From Chiloscyllium plagiosum (taxonomy: Eukaryota), in the NCBI RefSeq assembly GCF_004010195.1, contig NC_057749.1:9239070-9302834 (forward strand): a stretch of 63,765 nucleotides of DNA, written 5' to 3'. Under the pieces are notes generated by a model, which saw nothing but the letters and a program-made list of their open reading frames with translations, was not told where the DNA came from and did not search any database. The translations under genes were made by a program, and so were the position numbers. Below, in pieces: positions 39,641 through 53,411 of the stretch (the stretch's first letter is position 1; every line of letters begins with the position of its first letter).

Positions 39641-40884
39641 CTTAGAGCATTTGAATTGTGCTACATAATGACCACTGATCAGTTTTTCACATGTACAAAT
39701 ATTGTTCAGATATTCCTTGATGCCATGTATTACAGTGGTTTCCCACATTGAACAAGTCACTACGAAAAAGACGCCAGTTAAGATTCCACGTAGGTGTAGT
39801 GCTGAAATCAGAAACTAGTGCCTGCACCCTATGATGCAGTCAATCACTTACAACACAACGTACTGCCAATCACCTACAGACTCATCATCTAACCTCCCAT
39901 GAATGAAAACAAGTTGACAAAAGAGATGACCAAAACCTCAACCACCTAATAAAAATAGAAAAAAATGCAAGAGAGCATTGACAACAATGAAAGAAGTAAT
40001 TTAACAGAATTTGACCTCTCCCTTCAACCAGAGATAAACACATTCAATTTTGTGCTATTGGGTAAAACCAGAGACACTTTTTTGCTCAGACAGAAAGCCT
40101 TGTCCAAATGATACAAGGATGAACTGAGTCTACAAAATTGGTGGTCAAGGTAAATTGCAACTCTTCACTTTGTACTTTATAATACAGAAAAACAGTAAAA
40201 TGCAAAGTTTTTTTTTCGATAATACTGGCCTTCCCTGCAACTTTTCCTTTCAGATTTCCCATTGGCTATTGGTCTGTATATTACAGTGTAGTTCCTTAGC
40301 TGGAGCCTGACCTTTAACCTGATTCTGACTTTGAACCCTCAAACCTCCTGTTTCCAGTGTTGCAATGCTCTCCTTAAACAAAAACGCTACCCCTGCTCAG
40401 TTTTATCTTTCCTATCTTTTCTGAACACCTTTGTAACCTTTGAATATTTAAAACCCAGACCTGCCCGTTCTTCAGCTACATCCTTGTTATCGTGGCAATA
40501 TCATAATCCCACACCTATAACTTTCCAATCTTATTAACTGTACTTCATACATTCACAAATACACAGTAGAGCTAATGTTTCACTTTATGACTTTTGCTTT
40601 TACTCTGACTCTGCCCACTAATTCACCATTCTCTATTTCAGTGCTACTTGCCTCTCCTCCATTTTGTGTGCAATGATATTACTTTCTAATATTACCTCCT
40701 GGTTCCCATACCCCAGAGAGTTAGTTTAAACCCTCCCCAACCATTGATAGGCTGCTAAGTGAACACAGGAAAAACTAGATCAACTATGATGTTTATTGCA
40801 TTGAGTAAAATTAACACATACTAAATTGCACGTAGCCATTACTGAATTATCTTCATTTACGCATCCATTTGGATACAAAACCAA

Positions 40885-41859
40885 CTTGAAGGTAAAAGAC
40901 AGAGTGGTGATGGTGGTGGTAGTGGTGCTTTTCAGATTAGAGGCCTATGACCAGCAGTGTGTCACAAAGATTGGTGCTGGATCCATTGCTTTTTGTCATT
41001 TATATAAGTGATTTGGATGTGAATGCAAGAAGGTATGATTACTAAGTTTGCAGATGACACCAACATTGGAGGTGTCGTGGACAGCGAAAGTTACCTCAGA
41101 TTACAATGGGATCTTGGTCAGATGGGCAAATGGACTGAAGAGTGGCAGATGGAGTTTAATTTAGATAAATGTGAGGTGGTGCATTTTGGAAAAGCAAATC
41201 AGAGCAGGACTTATACACTTAAATGGAAAGGTCCTAGGGTGTGTTGCTAAACGAGATCTTGGAGTGCACATTCATGGTTTCTTGAAAGTGGACTCCCAGA
41301 TAGATGGGATAGTAAAGGCAGTGTTTGGTACGCTTGCCTTTACTGGCCAGTGCTTCAAGTATAGGAATAAGGGGATCATGTTGCGGCTGTACAGGGCATT
41401 GGTTAGGTCACTTTTGGAATACTGCATGCAATCCGATCTCGCTGCCAAAGGAAAGAATTTGCGAAACTTGCAAGGGTTCAGAAAAGATTTACAAGGATGT
41501 TACCAGGGTTGTGCTATAGGGAAAGGCTGAACAGGCTGGGGCTATTTTCCCTGGAGCGTCAGAGGCTGAGGGGTGACCTTATAGAAGTTTATAAAATCAT
41601 GAGGGACGTGATTACAGAGAATAGTGAAGGTCTTTTTTGGGGGGGGGGGGGGAAATTCCAAAACTAGTCAAGCGGAGGGTGGGGGGGATTTAAAAGGGAC
41701 CAAAGGGGCAACATTTTTACGCAGAGGGTGGTCAGTGTAGGGAATGAGCTGCAATAGGAAGTGGTAGGGATTCATACAATTACAACATTGAAAAAGGTAT
41801 CTGGATGGGTACCATAAATAGGAAAGATTGAGAGAGATACAGGCCAAATGGAACTAGAC
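40885..41859 (+). mobile_element. CR1 LINE RT/3' fragment whose tail continues at ~45101-45150
   Basis: KFADDTNIGGVVDSE..WQMEFNLDKC. The tail piece GGATATCTGGTTGGCGTGGACAAGTTGGACCG lies after the inserted LINE. Confidence 0.85.
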
Positions 41860-41861
41860 AA

Positions 41862-44800
41862 GTGGAGGCAATAACCTAGTGGTATTATCGCTCGAATATT
41901 AATCCAGAAACCCAGAATAATGTTCTGGGGACCTGGTTCGAATTCTGCTATGGCAGATGGTGGAATTCGAATTCAATTTTTTAAAAATCTGGAATTAAGA
42001 ATCAAATGATCGTGAAACCATTGTCAACTATCAGAAAAACCCAATTGGTTCACTGAATTCCTTTAAAGGAAATCTGCCGCCTTACCTGGTCTGGTCTACA
42101 TGTGACTCCAGAGCCACCATGGGGTTGACTCTCAACTACCATCTGAAATGGCCTAGAAAGCCATTCCGTTGTATCAAGTGCCAGAAAGTCACAAAGAAAG
42201 AAACAAGATGGACCACTTGGCATTGACCTTGGAATCGGAAAAGACAATGGCAAAAACACAAACAGCCCTGTCGACCATACAAAGTCCTACTTAGCAACAT
42301 CTGGGGGCTAGTGCTAAGATTGGGAAAGCTGTCCCACAGGCTAGTCAAGCAACAGCCTGACACAGTCATTCTTACACCACCATTACAGATATGCCCTGCC
42401 CCACCGGAGGGATAGACCCAGCAGAGGTGTGGCACAGTGATGTATGAGAGGGAGGGAGTCGCCCTGACAGACTCCGGACCCCATGAAGTCTAATAGCTTC
42501 AGGTTAAACATGGGCAAGGAAACCTCTTACTGGTTACCACGTACCGTTCTCCTTTGGCTGAAGAATCAGTACTCCTTCATGTTGAACAACACTTGGAGGA
42601 AGCACAGAGCAGCAAAGGTGCAAAATGTACTCTGGGTAGGGGATTTCAATGTCCAGCACCAAGAGTGGCTCAGCAGCAGCATTACTGATCGAGTTGGTCC
42701 CGTCCTAAAGGACATAACTGCTAGACTATGTCTACGGCAGTGGTGAAGGAACCAAGAGGAAAAAAACGTGACCTCAACCTTAGCAATCTGCCAGCTGCAG
42801 AAGCATCTGTCCATGGCACTCTCAGTAAAAGTGACCATCTCATCATCCTTGTGAAGATGAAGCCCCACCTTCTCATTGAGAATAACCTTCATTGTATTGC
42901 TTGGCACTATCGCCATGCTAAATGGGACAGACTCTGAACCGATCTACCAGCTCAAGACAGGGCGTCAATGAGGTGCTGTGGGCCAAAGACAGAGAATTGT
43001 ACTCCAGCTCAATCTGCCACCTCGTATCCCGGCATATCCCCCAATCAACCATCACTATCAAGCCAAGGGATCAACCCTGGTTCAATGGAGAGTGCAGGAG
43101 GACATGCCAGAAGCAGCACAAGGCATACCTAAAAATAAGGTGTCAACCAGGTGAAGCTACGAAACAGATCTACTTGCATGCCAAACAGTATAAACAGCAA
43201 GTGATAGACAGAGCTGAGCAATCCCACAACCAACGGATCAGATCTCAGCTTTGCAGTCCTTCCACAGCCAGTTGTTAACGTTGGTGTACAATTTAAACAA
43301 CTCACTGGAGGCGGCAGCTTCACAAATATCCACATTCTCAATGATGGAGGAGCCCAGCACATCAGTGCAAAAGAAAAGGCTGATGCATTCGCAACAATCT
43401 TCAGTCAGAAGTGCTGCGTGGATGATCCATCTCAGGCTCTTCCAGAGGTCCCCAGCATCACAGCCAATTCGAATCACTCCATGAGATATCAAGAAACGGC
43501 TGTAGGCACTGAATACTGCAAAAGCAATGGGCCCCTAATAACATTTCGCCATAGTACTGAAGACATGCTCCAGAACTTGTCGCTCCCCTGGCCAAGCTCT
43601 TCCAACTCAGTTACAACACTGGCAACTACCCAACAATGTGGAAAATTGCCCAGCTTTGTCCTGTACACAAAAAGACAACAAATCCAACCTGGCCAATTAC
43701 TGCCCAGTCTACTCTCCATCATCAGTAAAGTGATGGAAGGTGTCATCAACAGTGCTATCAAGCAGCACCTGCTCAGTGACACCCAGTTTGGGTTGCCAGG
43801 GTCGCTCAGCTCCTGACCTCATTGCAGCCTTGGTTCAAACGCGGACAAAAGAGCTGAATTCCAGAGGTGAAATGAGTGTGACAGCCTTTGACATCAAGGC
43901 CGCATTTGAGTATGGTATCATGGAGTCTTGGCAAAACAGGAATTAATGGGTATCGGGGGCAAACACTTCGCTGGTTAGAGTTATACCTGGCACAAAGGAA
44001 GATGATTGTGGTTCTGGAGGGTCTGTCATCTCAACTCCAGGTCACCTCGGCAGGAGTCCCTCAGGGAAGTGTCCTAGGCCCAACAATCTTCGGTATCTTC
44101 ATCAATGACCTCCCCTCTGTCATCAGATCACAAGTGGGGATGTTCGCCGATGATTGCACAGTGTTCAGCACCATTCACAACTCCTCAGATACTAAAACAG
44201 TCAGTGCTCAAATGCAACAAGATATGGACAATATCCAGGCTTGGGCTGACAATTGCTAAGTAACAATGACCATTACCACTAAGAAACACTCTAGCCACCA
44301 CACCTTGACATTCATTGGTATTACCATCACTGAATCTCCTCCTGTCACCATCCTTGGGGTTACCAATGAACAGAAACTCAACCGGACAAGGGCTTTTGCC
44401 CGAAACATCGATTTTCCTGCTCCTCGGATGCTGCCTGACCTGCTGTGCTTTTCCAGCACCACACTAATCTAGACTCATCACATAAACACAGCGGCTACAA
44501 GAGCAGGTCAGAGACTAGGGATACTGTGGCGAGTAATTCACCTCCTGACACCCTAAAGTCTATCCACAGTGCACAAGTCAGGAGTGTGATGGAATACTCC
44601 CCACTTGCCTGGATGGGTGCAGCTCCAAAAACACTCAAGATGCTTGACACCATCCAGGACAAAACAACCCACTTGACTGGCACTACATCTACAAACATTC
44701 AATCCCTCCACCGCCAGCACTCAGTAGCAGCAGTGTATACTATCTACAAGATGCACTGCAGACATTCCCCAAAGATCCTCAGACAGCAGCGCCCAAACCC

Positions 44801-45100
44801 ATGACCACTTCCATCTAGAAGGACAAGGGCAGCAGATACATGGGAACACCACCACTTACAAGATCCCTTCCAAGCCACTCATCACCCTGACTTGGAAACA
44901 TTCCGCCATTCCTTCACAGTAGTTGCGTCAAAATTCTGGAATTCCCTCCCTACTGGCATTGTGGGTCAACCCAGAGCAGGTGGACTGCAGTGATTCCAGG
45001 AGGCAGCTCACCACCACCTTCTCAAGGGCAAATACAGATGGACTATCAATGCTGGCCAGCCAGCGACACCTAAGTGCCACAAATTAATTTTTTTTAAAAA
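41862..45100 (+). mobile_element. Single-ORF APE-RT LINE (CR1/L2-group-like) with a tRNA-like 5' head, decayed
   Basis: A-box-like TAACCTAGTGG (41872-41882), B box GGTTCGAATTC (41935-41945). APE starts ~42280 (VLLSNIWGL..QQPDTVILT; WVGDFNV; SDH). RT FDIKAAF, GVPQGSVLGP, FINDLP, MFADDC. C-terminus QVRSVMEYSPLAW. A-rich end. Confidence 0.85.
44388..44473 (+). mobile_element. Short PLE pseudo-LTR fragment inserted in the LINE
   Basis: AAGGGCTTTTGCCCGAAACATCGATTTTCCTGCTCCTCGGATGCTGCCTGACC, same family as 20198-20936. The 5' half of the hammerhead core is missing. Confidence 0.8.
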
Positions 45101-46809
45101 AGACTTATTTAGGATATCTGGTTGGCGTGGACAAGTTGGACCGTGCTGATTGTATAATTTTCCAGTTAGGTTTGAGTTAAACGCGAAACACAAAACTACT
45201 TTCAACCCAACTCTAAGGGATGGAATACATTTCACCCATTATAGGCGGATCAATTATTCCACACTGAGGTACAAAGAAAGCGCAAAACAAAAGTAGTCCA
45301 AAACAAAAAAAAACTTCCTCACAGAGCTATCTGGGTTTAAAAAAAACTTGACTGCCGCAGGAGTATAAAGCACTGTACACCATTCAACACCAAATGATCA
45401 AAGGAGTTTTTGTAAACTATCCAGTATTGAGGCAGATCTATTAAAGAACACACAAAGAAAAATTCCTTCTTAAAAAAAACAAAGACTAAGAGCAACTACA
45501 AACATGTTTTTTGATGCCTATAAACTAATTAAAACGTATGCTCCACCATTATAGATGCCAGTCTTGGTGTTGATTCACACCATGGGATAGCAAGACACAG
45601 TGGTCTGCAGTGATCACTATGGGTCCTGACAATACTCCTCCAATATTCTTACATTGAATACCTGTGATCCAGAAATTCTGCCCTCCAGCCAAATTGCTCC
45701 AGTAGATCTCCAATATTAGCATCGCCCCAATATACTCCTATCTGCACAAACAAAAGCCAATCCAAGCAATTCCTATCTGACCACCAGCAAAACGTATACA
45801 CAACCATCAGCAAAACGATAGAAGGAAGTGTCAATGCTGCTACCAAGTGGCACTGACTCAACATTAAGTGTTACTGATGTTTAGGTCAGGTTCAGTAAGC
45901 TCCACTTTGAATCTAGAAATTGTGGGAGGAGGAGCTGTTTAAATACAAGGAGTCTCCCATTTAAGATCGAAATAGGCAGGGTTGTTAGTCTTTGAAATTC
46001 CCTTCTAGGGAAGCAGTGGAGGGTGGGCCAGTAAATATATTCAGAATTGATTTAGACAGATTGTTGATTGACAAGGGGTTATTTTGGAAAGACAGGCCAC
46101 CAAATTAACCATCATCTTATCAAATGGTAGTGCTGGTTCAAGAGACCAACTGACTCTGGATAATCCAAGATAGAAAACGGGAAAAGATTGAAGCTGTAAC
46201 AGCTGCTCCTTTTTGGAGGTATTTTGTGTGTTGGAGGCAATTTCCTCAAATTCCAGGAGCAACAATTACTGTTTCATAAGCTGTTGCATTGTTTTGGAAC
46301 TATGGGGGGGCAAAAATCAAAACAATGACACTTATAAAAGAAGAAAAGAAGAAAATCAGAAAAGGCAGTAATACATGGTCAGTGAAGGAGAGAGCAAAAG
46401 AAACCTACACTGCTAATTGACACAGCAGTGAATCTGCAGTTACTGCCTTTGCTGTGTGAGTTCATGTATCTCTGGACATCAGAGTGTGTCTAGGAAACAT
46501 TAACAAACAGTGAAATTCACAGCTGACCTTGGAGGAACTTGTGTGGGAGATCTCACAGCACAGGAACATATAAGTGCATAGTTTTTAACGTGTAACCTTG
46601 CCATAAGGCTACAGTAATGAGTAGAGTGGGTTCTTTCTTGATTATATGTCTTACTGAGATATGCCTCGTTTAAATTTTAAAATTATAGACCATAAGCACT
46701 AAGTTAGCCTGGAGCACTGCCCTTAGAGCAAAAAGATGGTGCAATTTTCTGGGTCTGTAGATTGTGAAGGAGCAAAGAAGGCCTTTAATAGAATGATAAA
46801 CTCTTACTG

Positions 46810-49377
46810 TTGGACGTGCAGAATGTTTTCAAAGGGGAGGGGGACCAGGAGGTCATTGTACACATTGGAGCTAATGACATAGGAAAGGAAAAGGATGAGA
46901 TTCTGAAGGCAGAATATGGAAACTTAGACAGGAATTTCAAAAAGAAGATCCTCGAGGGTCGTAATATCTGGATTACTCCCGGTGCTATGAGCTAGTGAGG
47001 GTAGGAATAGGAGGATAGAGCAGCTGAATGTGTGGTTGAAGAGCTAGTGCAGGGGAGAAAGGTTCACATTTTTGGATCATCAGAATCTCTTTGGGGTAGA
47101 AGTAACCTGCACAAGAATGGGTTGCACCTGAATTGAAAGGGGACTAATATAATGGCAGGGAGATTTGCTGGAGCTTCTCAGGACAATTTAAACTAGTAAG
47201 GTGGGGGATGGGTTGCCACCAGGGAGATAGTGCGGAAAGAGATCAATCTGAGACTGGTAAAGTTGGAAAAGGAAGTGATTCAAACATTCTTTGCAGGCAG
47301 GAACAAAGCAGAGAACAAGGTAGGACTGATAAATTAAACTGCATTCACTTCAATGCAAGAGGCCTTTCAGGAAAGGCAGATGAACTCAGGGCATGGTTAC
47401 GAACATGCGACTGGGATACCATAGCAATTACAGAAATGTGGCTTAGGGATGCACAGGACTGGCAGCTTAATTATCCAGGATACAAATGCTACAGGAAGGA
47501 CAGAAAGGAAAGCAAGAGAGGTACGAAAGTGGCATTTTTCATAAGGGATAGCATTACTGCTGTACTTGGGGAGGATAGCCCTGAGTATACATCAGGGGAA
47601 TTTCTTTGGGTGGAACTAAGAGATAAGAAAGGCATGATCCCCTTAGTGGGATTGTATTGTAGACCCCCCCAGTAGGCAGAGGGAAATTGAGAAACAAACT
47701 TGTAAGGAGATTTCAGTTATCCATAAGACTTATAGGGTGGTCATGATAGGGGATTTTAACTTTCCAAACAGACTGGGACTACCATAGTGTTACGGGTTTA
47801 GGTGAAGAGGAATTTGTTAAACATGTACAAGAAAATTCTCTGATTCAGTATGAGAATGTACCTACTGGAGAAGGTGCAAAACTTGACCTACTCTTGGGAA
47901 ATAATGCAAGGTAGGTGACTGATGTGTCAGTGGGAGTGTACTTTGGGGCCAGCGACCATAATTCGATTAGATTTAAAATAGTGATGGAGAAGATCTAAAA
48001 AGTTGAAGTTCTAAATTGGAGGAAGGCTAATTTTGACGCTATTAGGCAAGAACTTTCAAAAGTTGACTAGGAGCAGGCATTCGCAGGTAAAGGGACAGCT
48101 GGAAAATGGGAAGCCTTCAAAAATGAGATAACGAGAATCCAGAGACAGTATATTCCTGTTAGGGTGAAAAGAAAGGCTGGTAGGTGTAGGGAATGCTGAA
48201 CGACTACAGAAATTGAGGTTTTGGTTAAGAAACAGAAGGAAGCATATGTCAGCTATAGACAGGAGAAATCTATTGAGCCCTTAGGAGAGTATAAAAGGTG
48301 ACATGAGATAGTTTTGGCAAACAGAATTAAGGAGAATCCAAAGGGTTTTTATAAATACACTGAGGACAAAAGGATAACTAAGGAGAGAACAGGGCCCCTC
48401 AAAGATCAGCAAGGCAGTCAGCGTGTGGAGCCACAGGAGATGGGGGAGATACTAAACAAGTATTTTACATCAGTGTTTACTGTGGAGAACGATGTGGAAG
48501 ATATAGAATGTGGGGAAATAGATGGTGACATCTTGTAAAATGTCCATATTCCAGAAGTGGTGGTGCTGGACATCTTGAAACGCATACAAGTGGATAAATC
48601 CGCAGGACCTGATCAGGTGTACTCTAGAACTCCGAGAAGCTAGAGAAATGATGCTGGGCCCTTTGCTGAGATACTTGTATCATCGATAGTCACAGGTGAG
48701 GTGCCAGAAGACTAGAGGTGGGCTGACGTGTTACCACTATTTAAGAAAGGTGGTAAAGAAAAGCCAGGGAACTATACACCAGTGAGCCTGACATCAGTGG
48801 TGGTCCAGTTGTTGGAGGGAATCCTCAGGGACAGAATGTACATGTATTTGGAAAGGCAAGGAATAATTAGGGACAGTCAGCATGGCTTTGCACATGGGAA
48901 ATCATGTCTCACAAACTTGATTGAGTTTTTTGAAGAAATAACAGAGGATTGATAGAGGCAGAGCGGTAGACGTGATCTATTTGGACTTCAGTAAAGCCTT
49001 CGACAAGGTTCCTCAAGGGAAACATGATAACAAGGTTAGATCTCATGCAATAAGGGAGAACTAGCCATTTGGATACAGAACTGGCTCAAAGGTTGAAGAC
49101 AGAAGGCAGGTGGTGGAGGGTTGCTTTTCAGACTGGAGGCCTGTGACCAATGGTGTGCCACAACGATCAGTGCTTGGTTCACTACTTTTCATCATTTATA
49201 TAAACATTTCAGATGTGAACATAGGAGGTAATAGTTAATAAGTTTGCAGAAGACACCAAAATCGGAGGTATAGTGGACAGTGAAGAAGGTTACCTCAGAT
49301 TACAATCGGATCTTGATCAGATGGTCCAATGGGCTGAAGAGTGGCAGATGGAGTTTAATTTAGATAAATACGAGATG
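46810..49377 (+). mobile_element. Long CR1 LINE: SGNH ORF1 remnant, APE and RT
   Basis: VIVHIGANDIG; LNCIHFNARGL..AITEMWL; PGNYTPVSLTSVV..QHGFAHGKSCLTNLIEFFE; WQMEFNLDK. Confidence 0.92.
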
Positions 49378-49725
49378 CTATTCAGCCTCCCTATAGCTCA
49401 AATCCTCCAACTATGGCAACATCCTTGTAAATCTTTTCTGAACTCTTTCAAGTTTCGCAACATCCTTCTGATAGGAAGGAGACCAGAATTGCACGTAATA
49501 TTCCAGAAGTGGCCTAAACCAATGTACTGTACAGCCACAGCATGACCTCCAAATCCTGTTCTCAATACTCTTGACTAATAAAGGAAAATATGCCAAACAC
49601 TTCCTTCACAATCCTATCTACCTGTGACTCTACTTTCAAGGAACGATGAGCCTACACTCCAAGATTTTTTTTTCAGCAACACTTCCTAGGACCTTACCGT
49701 TAAACGTATAAGTCCTTCTGATTTG
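49378..49725 (-). mobile_element. Inverted CR1 segment that continues the adjacent plus-strand CR1
   Basis: Minus strand RPLLEYYVQFWSPSYQKDVAKLERVQKRFTRMLP. Its 5' end corresponds to CR1 sequence just after the point where the plus copy stops. Confidence 0.8.
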
Positions 49726-49968
49726 CCACCTAGACCCATTCCTCCACCCTCTATTTACCACTAACTAATGCAACTAACACTATGGGCAATTTAGCATGGC
49801 CAATTCATCTGATCTGCACATCTTTGGATTGTGGGAGGAAACCAGAGCACCCGGAGGAAACCCACACAGACACAGGGAGAATGTGCAAACTCCACACAGA
49901 CAGTCACCCGAGGCAGGAATTGAACCCGGGTCCCTGGCGAAGTGAGGTGCAACGCTAACTACTGAGCC
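49726..49968 (-). mobile_element. HE1-type V-SINE lacking its 3' tail
   Basis: tRNA head and V-domain on the minus strand. Confidence 0.85.
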
Positions 49969-51199
49969 AAAAAAGAGGGAGTCTCATCATTCTTCTGCGA
50001 CATGCAGTCACATCACCATATCCTGCAAACATGCAGTAGCCCCCCAGTGAACAAAAGTTCAAATGGTCCAACCACAGATTGACAGTGGTGAACTCAGTCA
50101 GGTCAGATACTTGACAGGAAGTGGCACAGTCTCAGAATAGAGGGGCACTAGTTTAAGACAGGGATGATGAGGAATTTCTTCAGAGGGCTAGATGTCTTCA
50201 GAAGTCCTTGCCATAGAAAGCTGTAGATATAGAATCCTTGTGGTATATTTCACGCTGGGGTAGATAGATTCTTGATCAGTAGGGGAATCAAATGTTACAG
50301 GGAGGGGCAGGAAAGCAAATGGGAGGAATGATAAGTCAGCCATGATCCTATTGAAAGTGCCAAACAGCCTACGCCTATTCCTTTTTCTAATGGTGGCTCA
50401 TTTCCTGAAATCTCAAAGTCACTCTTCAATCTTAAAGCATCCACACATAGTCACCATGATGACATAGTTACAGTGCCTGCAATCCAAAGGTTAGATTGCA
50501 GCAAGATTTCAAAAGCACATCGCTAATCCACAATATCTATCACCAGAAGGTTATGGGCTGCAAGATTGCAGGTCCTCAATCTCAGATATGGTAAAGTACC
50601 GTAAATCAGCAAAACAGTCAAACTTAAAGTAAACCACTTCCCTTGTGTCCCATCCAGCACCTAGGATTTCGCAACAGTAGTTCCCTCAACTCTCCAAGAT
50701 AAAGCAATTCACACTTGGATGTAGTTTGTAATATTTCATGTCTGATTGCACGATTACCTGTTCAATTAAGTTGGTTTAAAAACTGTCTCATCAGTATTGC
50801 AACAACTTGGCAGCAGAAAATGCTAACATCACAATTCATTCAGCTTACTGGACAACAGGTGACACTGCATCATTCAGCAATAATTGAAAGTTGGTGGAGC
50901 AAAATGAGGCAAGAACAAATTGCAGACATTTGTATAAAAGTCTAAATTAACCAATGTTTCTTCATAATCCAGTGTGTTCATCTTCATAATCTTCATAATG
51001 CAGTATGTTAAGAGCAAAACAGCAACTAGAGAGTAGAGCCCATTAAAAAAATCAAGAGGTTGCATTGTGTTGAACCTCAGGAGAGATATTAAATGAATAT
51101 TTTGTGTCAGTTGCACAGTCGAGAAAGAACGAAGGCAGAAGAACTCAGGGAAATAAACACTGATGTTTTGAAACAAAGTGCTGGAGGTCTTATATAGTA

Positions 51200-51630
51200 T
51201 AATGGTGGATAAATCTCGAACTGGATCTACTGTATCCCAGGACATTGTACAAAGTTAAGTAGGAAATCGCAGGGCCCCTTGCAGAAATATTTGTATTTAC
51301 TCTATAACTACGCGCGAGGTGCCCGACGGCTGGAGCAGGGATTTCAAGACAAGAGAGCGTATTTTAAAGGTGAGAGAAAGATTTTAAAAAGACATGAGGG
51401 AAAACTTCTTTTTAATACAAAGTGGTTTGTATCTGGAATGAACTTTCCACAGGAAGTGGAGGATGTGGGTACAGTTACAACATTTAAAAGACATCTGGAT
51501 AAATACATGAATAAGAGACATTTGGAGGGATATGGGTCAAGTGTAGGCTGGTGGGACTAATTTAATTTGGGCTTATGGTTACCATGGGCTGGTTGGATGG
51601 AAGGGTCTATTTCCATGCTGCATCACTTTA
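51200..51630 (+). mobile_element. Degenerate CR1 fragments
   Basis: FKRHLDKYMN..LEGYG and a CR1 tail. Confidence 0.75.
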
Positions 51631-51749
51631 TGGCAGTTCTTTAAAATTCTAACTTATTCTAAGTCAGGGCCTAAACTAAGAAAGCAAGAAACTAAGATCC
51701 CTGATGCAAATTAAGTTTAAACAATTGCTTTTATTATACAAGTGTACTT

Positions 51750-52148
51750 ATAGAGTCAGAGATGTACAGCATGGAAACAGGCCCTTTGGTCCAACCCGTC
51801 CATGCCGACCAGATATCCCAACCCAATCTAGTCCCACCTGCCAGCACCCTGCCTATATCCCTCCAAACCCTTCCTATTCATATACCCATCCAAATGCCTC
51901 TTAAAATGTTGCAATCGTACTAGCTTCCACCACTTCCTCTGGCAGCTCATTCCATACACATACCACCCTCTGTGTGACAAAGTTGCCCCGTGGGTCTCTT
52001 TTATATCTTTCCCCTTTCACCCTAAACCTATGCCCCCTAGTTCTGGACTCCCTGACCCCAGGAAAAAGACTTTGTCTATTTACCCTATCCATTCCCCTCA
52101 ATTTTGTAAACCTCTATAAGGTCACCCCTCAGCCTCCGATGCTCCAGG
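51750..52148 (-). mobile_element. CR1 LINE 3' end
   Basis: SRTRGHRFRVKGERYKRDPRGNFVTQRVVCVWNELP plus tail. Confidence 0.9.
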
Positions 52149-53411
52149 GTCCTTCAAATTCAGAATATGCACTTTGCAGTGTGACCCATGAGGCTTTCAA
52201 TGCCTCTGAAATACTTATTTTTGGAGACATTGATATAGTATTCGTGACAACCACCCTGCAATCAAATTTCTGTGAATCCCTTCTATACTGTCGACTGGAA
52301 GTGATTTTTTTTCTGTTAATGTCTAATAAATTCAATTTCTTGCCTTAATGAATCATGACCAGAATAGTGCTGTCAACATATTTAGTGGGGCAATCGATTA
52401 AAAATTAAGAAGAATTTGGGCATTTGGCGACAGAAAAGCAAGAACATACTACTGAAAAGGAAAGTAAGAGTCTGGATGATAAGCCAAGAGAGATTGGGTT
52501 GGAAATGGGATGGCTATGCTGGGAGTCACCCAGACAAAGAAAAACACAATGGGGGCTGTGGGATGGAGGGTATTCACCTTATGAAATTGTGGAATTCAAA
52601 TATTGAGTCCTAAAGGCTGTAAGGTACCTCAACAGAAAAGGTTGTTTTCTTCCAACTTCCATTGAGTCTCATTGGCGCATTTGCCATGATGCTGCACCTT
52701 TAACAGGGTTATGTTGTCCTTTGCTTTTTTTTTTCCAGAGAGGTCATAAAAGAGACAGACTCCAAAAAGTCCAAGTTTGAAAGGTTTTAGGGCCAGTTTG
52801 ATTCTAGCTAACAGATTTTTGCCTCAGACAAAAGGCTTTCAAGTTTTTAAAAAAGGCACTTGCACAATAAAAGGGGAGTGGCCAGTTTTCCCAGCTCAGC
52901 TTTTCTCTGGTTTGATTTGGTTTTGCAGCCTGGCTATTCACTGAAACCAATCAGGCAGTTTTTGATAATGCTGGTCCAGATTGAGAGTAGTGAATATAGT
53001 AGAATAGATTGAATGAAGTGCAGGCAAATCACTGCTTCACTTGGAAGGTTTGTATGGGGACTTGGTTGGTGAGGAACAGGGTGGTAAATGAGCAGGTCTT
53101 GCACTATTGGTGATTACATGGGAAAGTGGGGATATAAGTGCAGTGAAGTTTCAGAAGTGGAACAGAAGTGAAGAAGCGTGCTCTGGAGGGAACAGTCTGT
53201 GCTCAAGGTGAACAAGGAGGGGATGGGATTGTGCGCCCAGTAGCAGCATTCCACTACAGATAGTGGAAATAGTGGCCAATGCTCTTTTGGACATGGGAGC
53301 TGGTAGCATGAAGAGTAAGGACCAATAGGATTCTATCACTGTTCAAAATAAAATTGAGAATCTTAAATATTGCAATGCAACTCTCAAATAAACTAATCCC
53401 AAGCTACTCAC

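Larger units (their letters stand above)
15467..53411 (-). other. EDC3: EDC3 intron, 37,945 nt, repeat-rich
   Basis: GT...AG ends. The flanking exons join in frame as HNS-T|GG-SSSS, contiguous with the known EDC3 protein. Confidence 0.9.

Noticed and set aside
52980..53340. Possible decayed Penelope-like ORF fragment on the minus strand
   Set aside because: Only a loose resemblance and too degenerate to call without an alignment.
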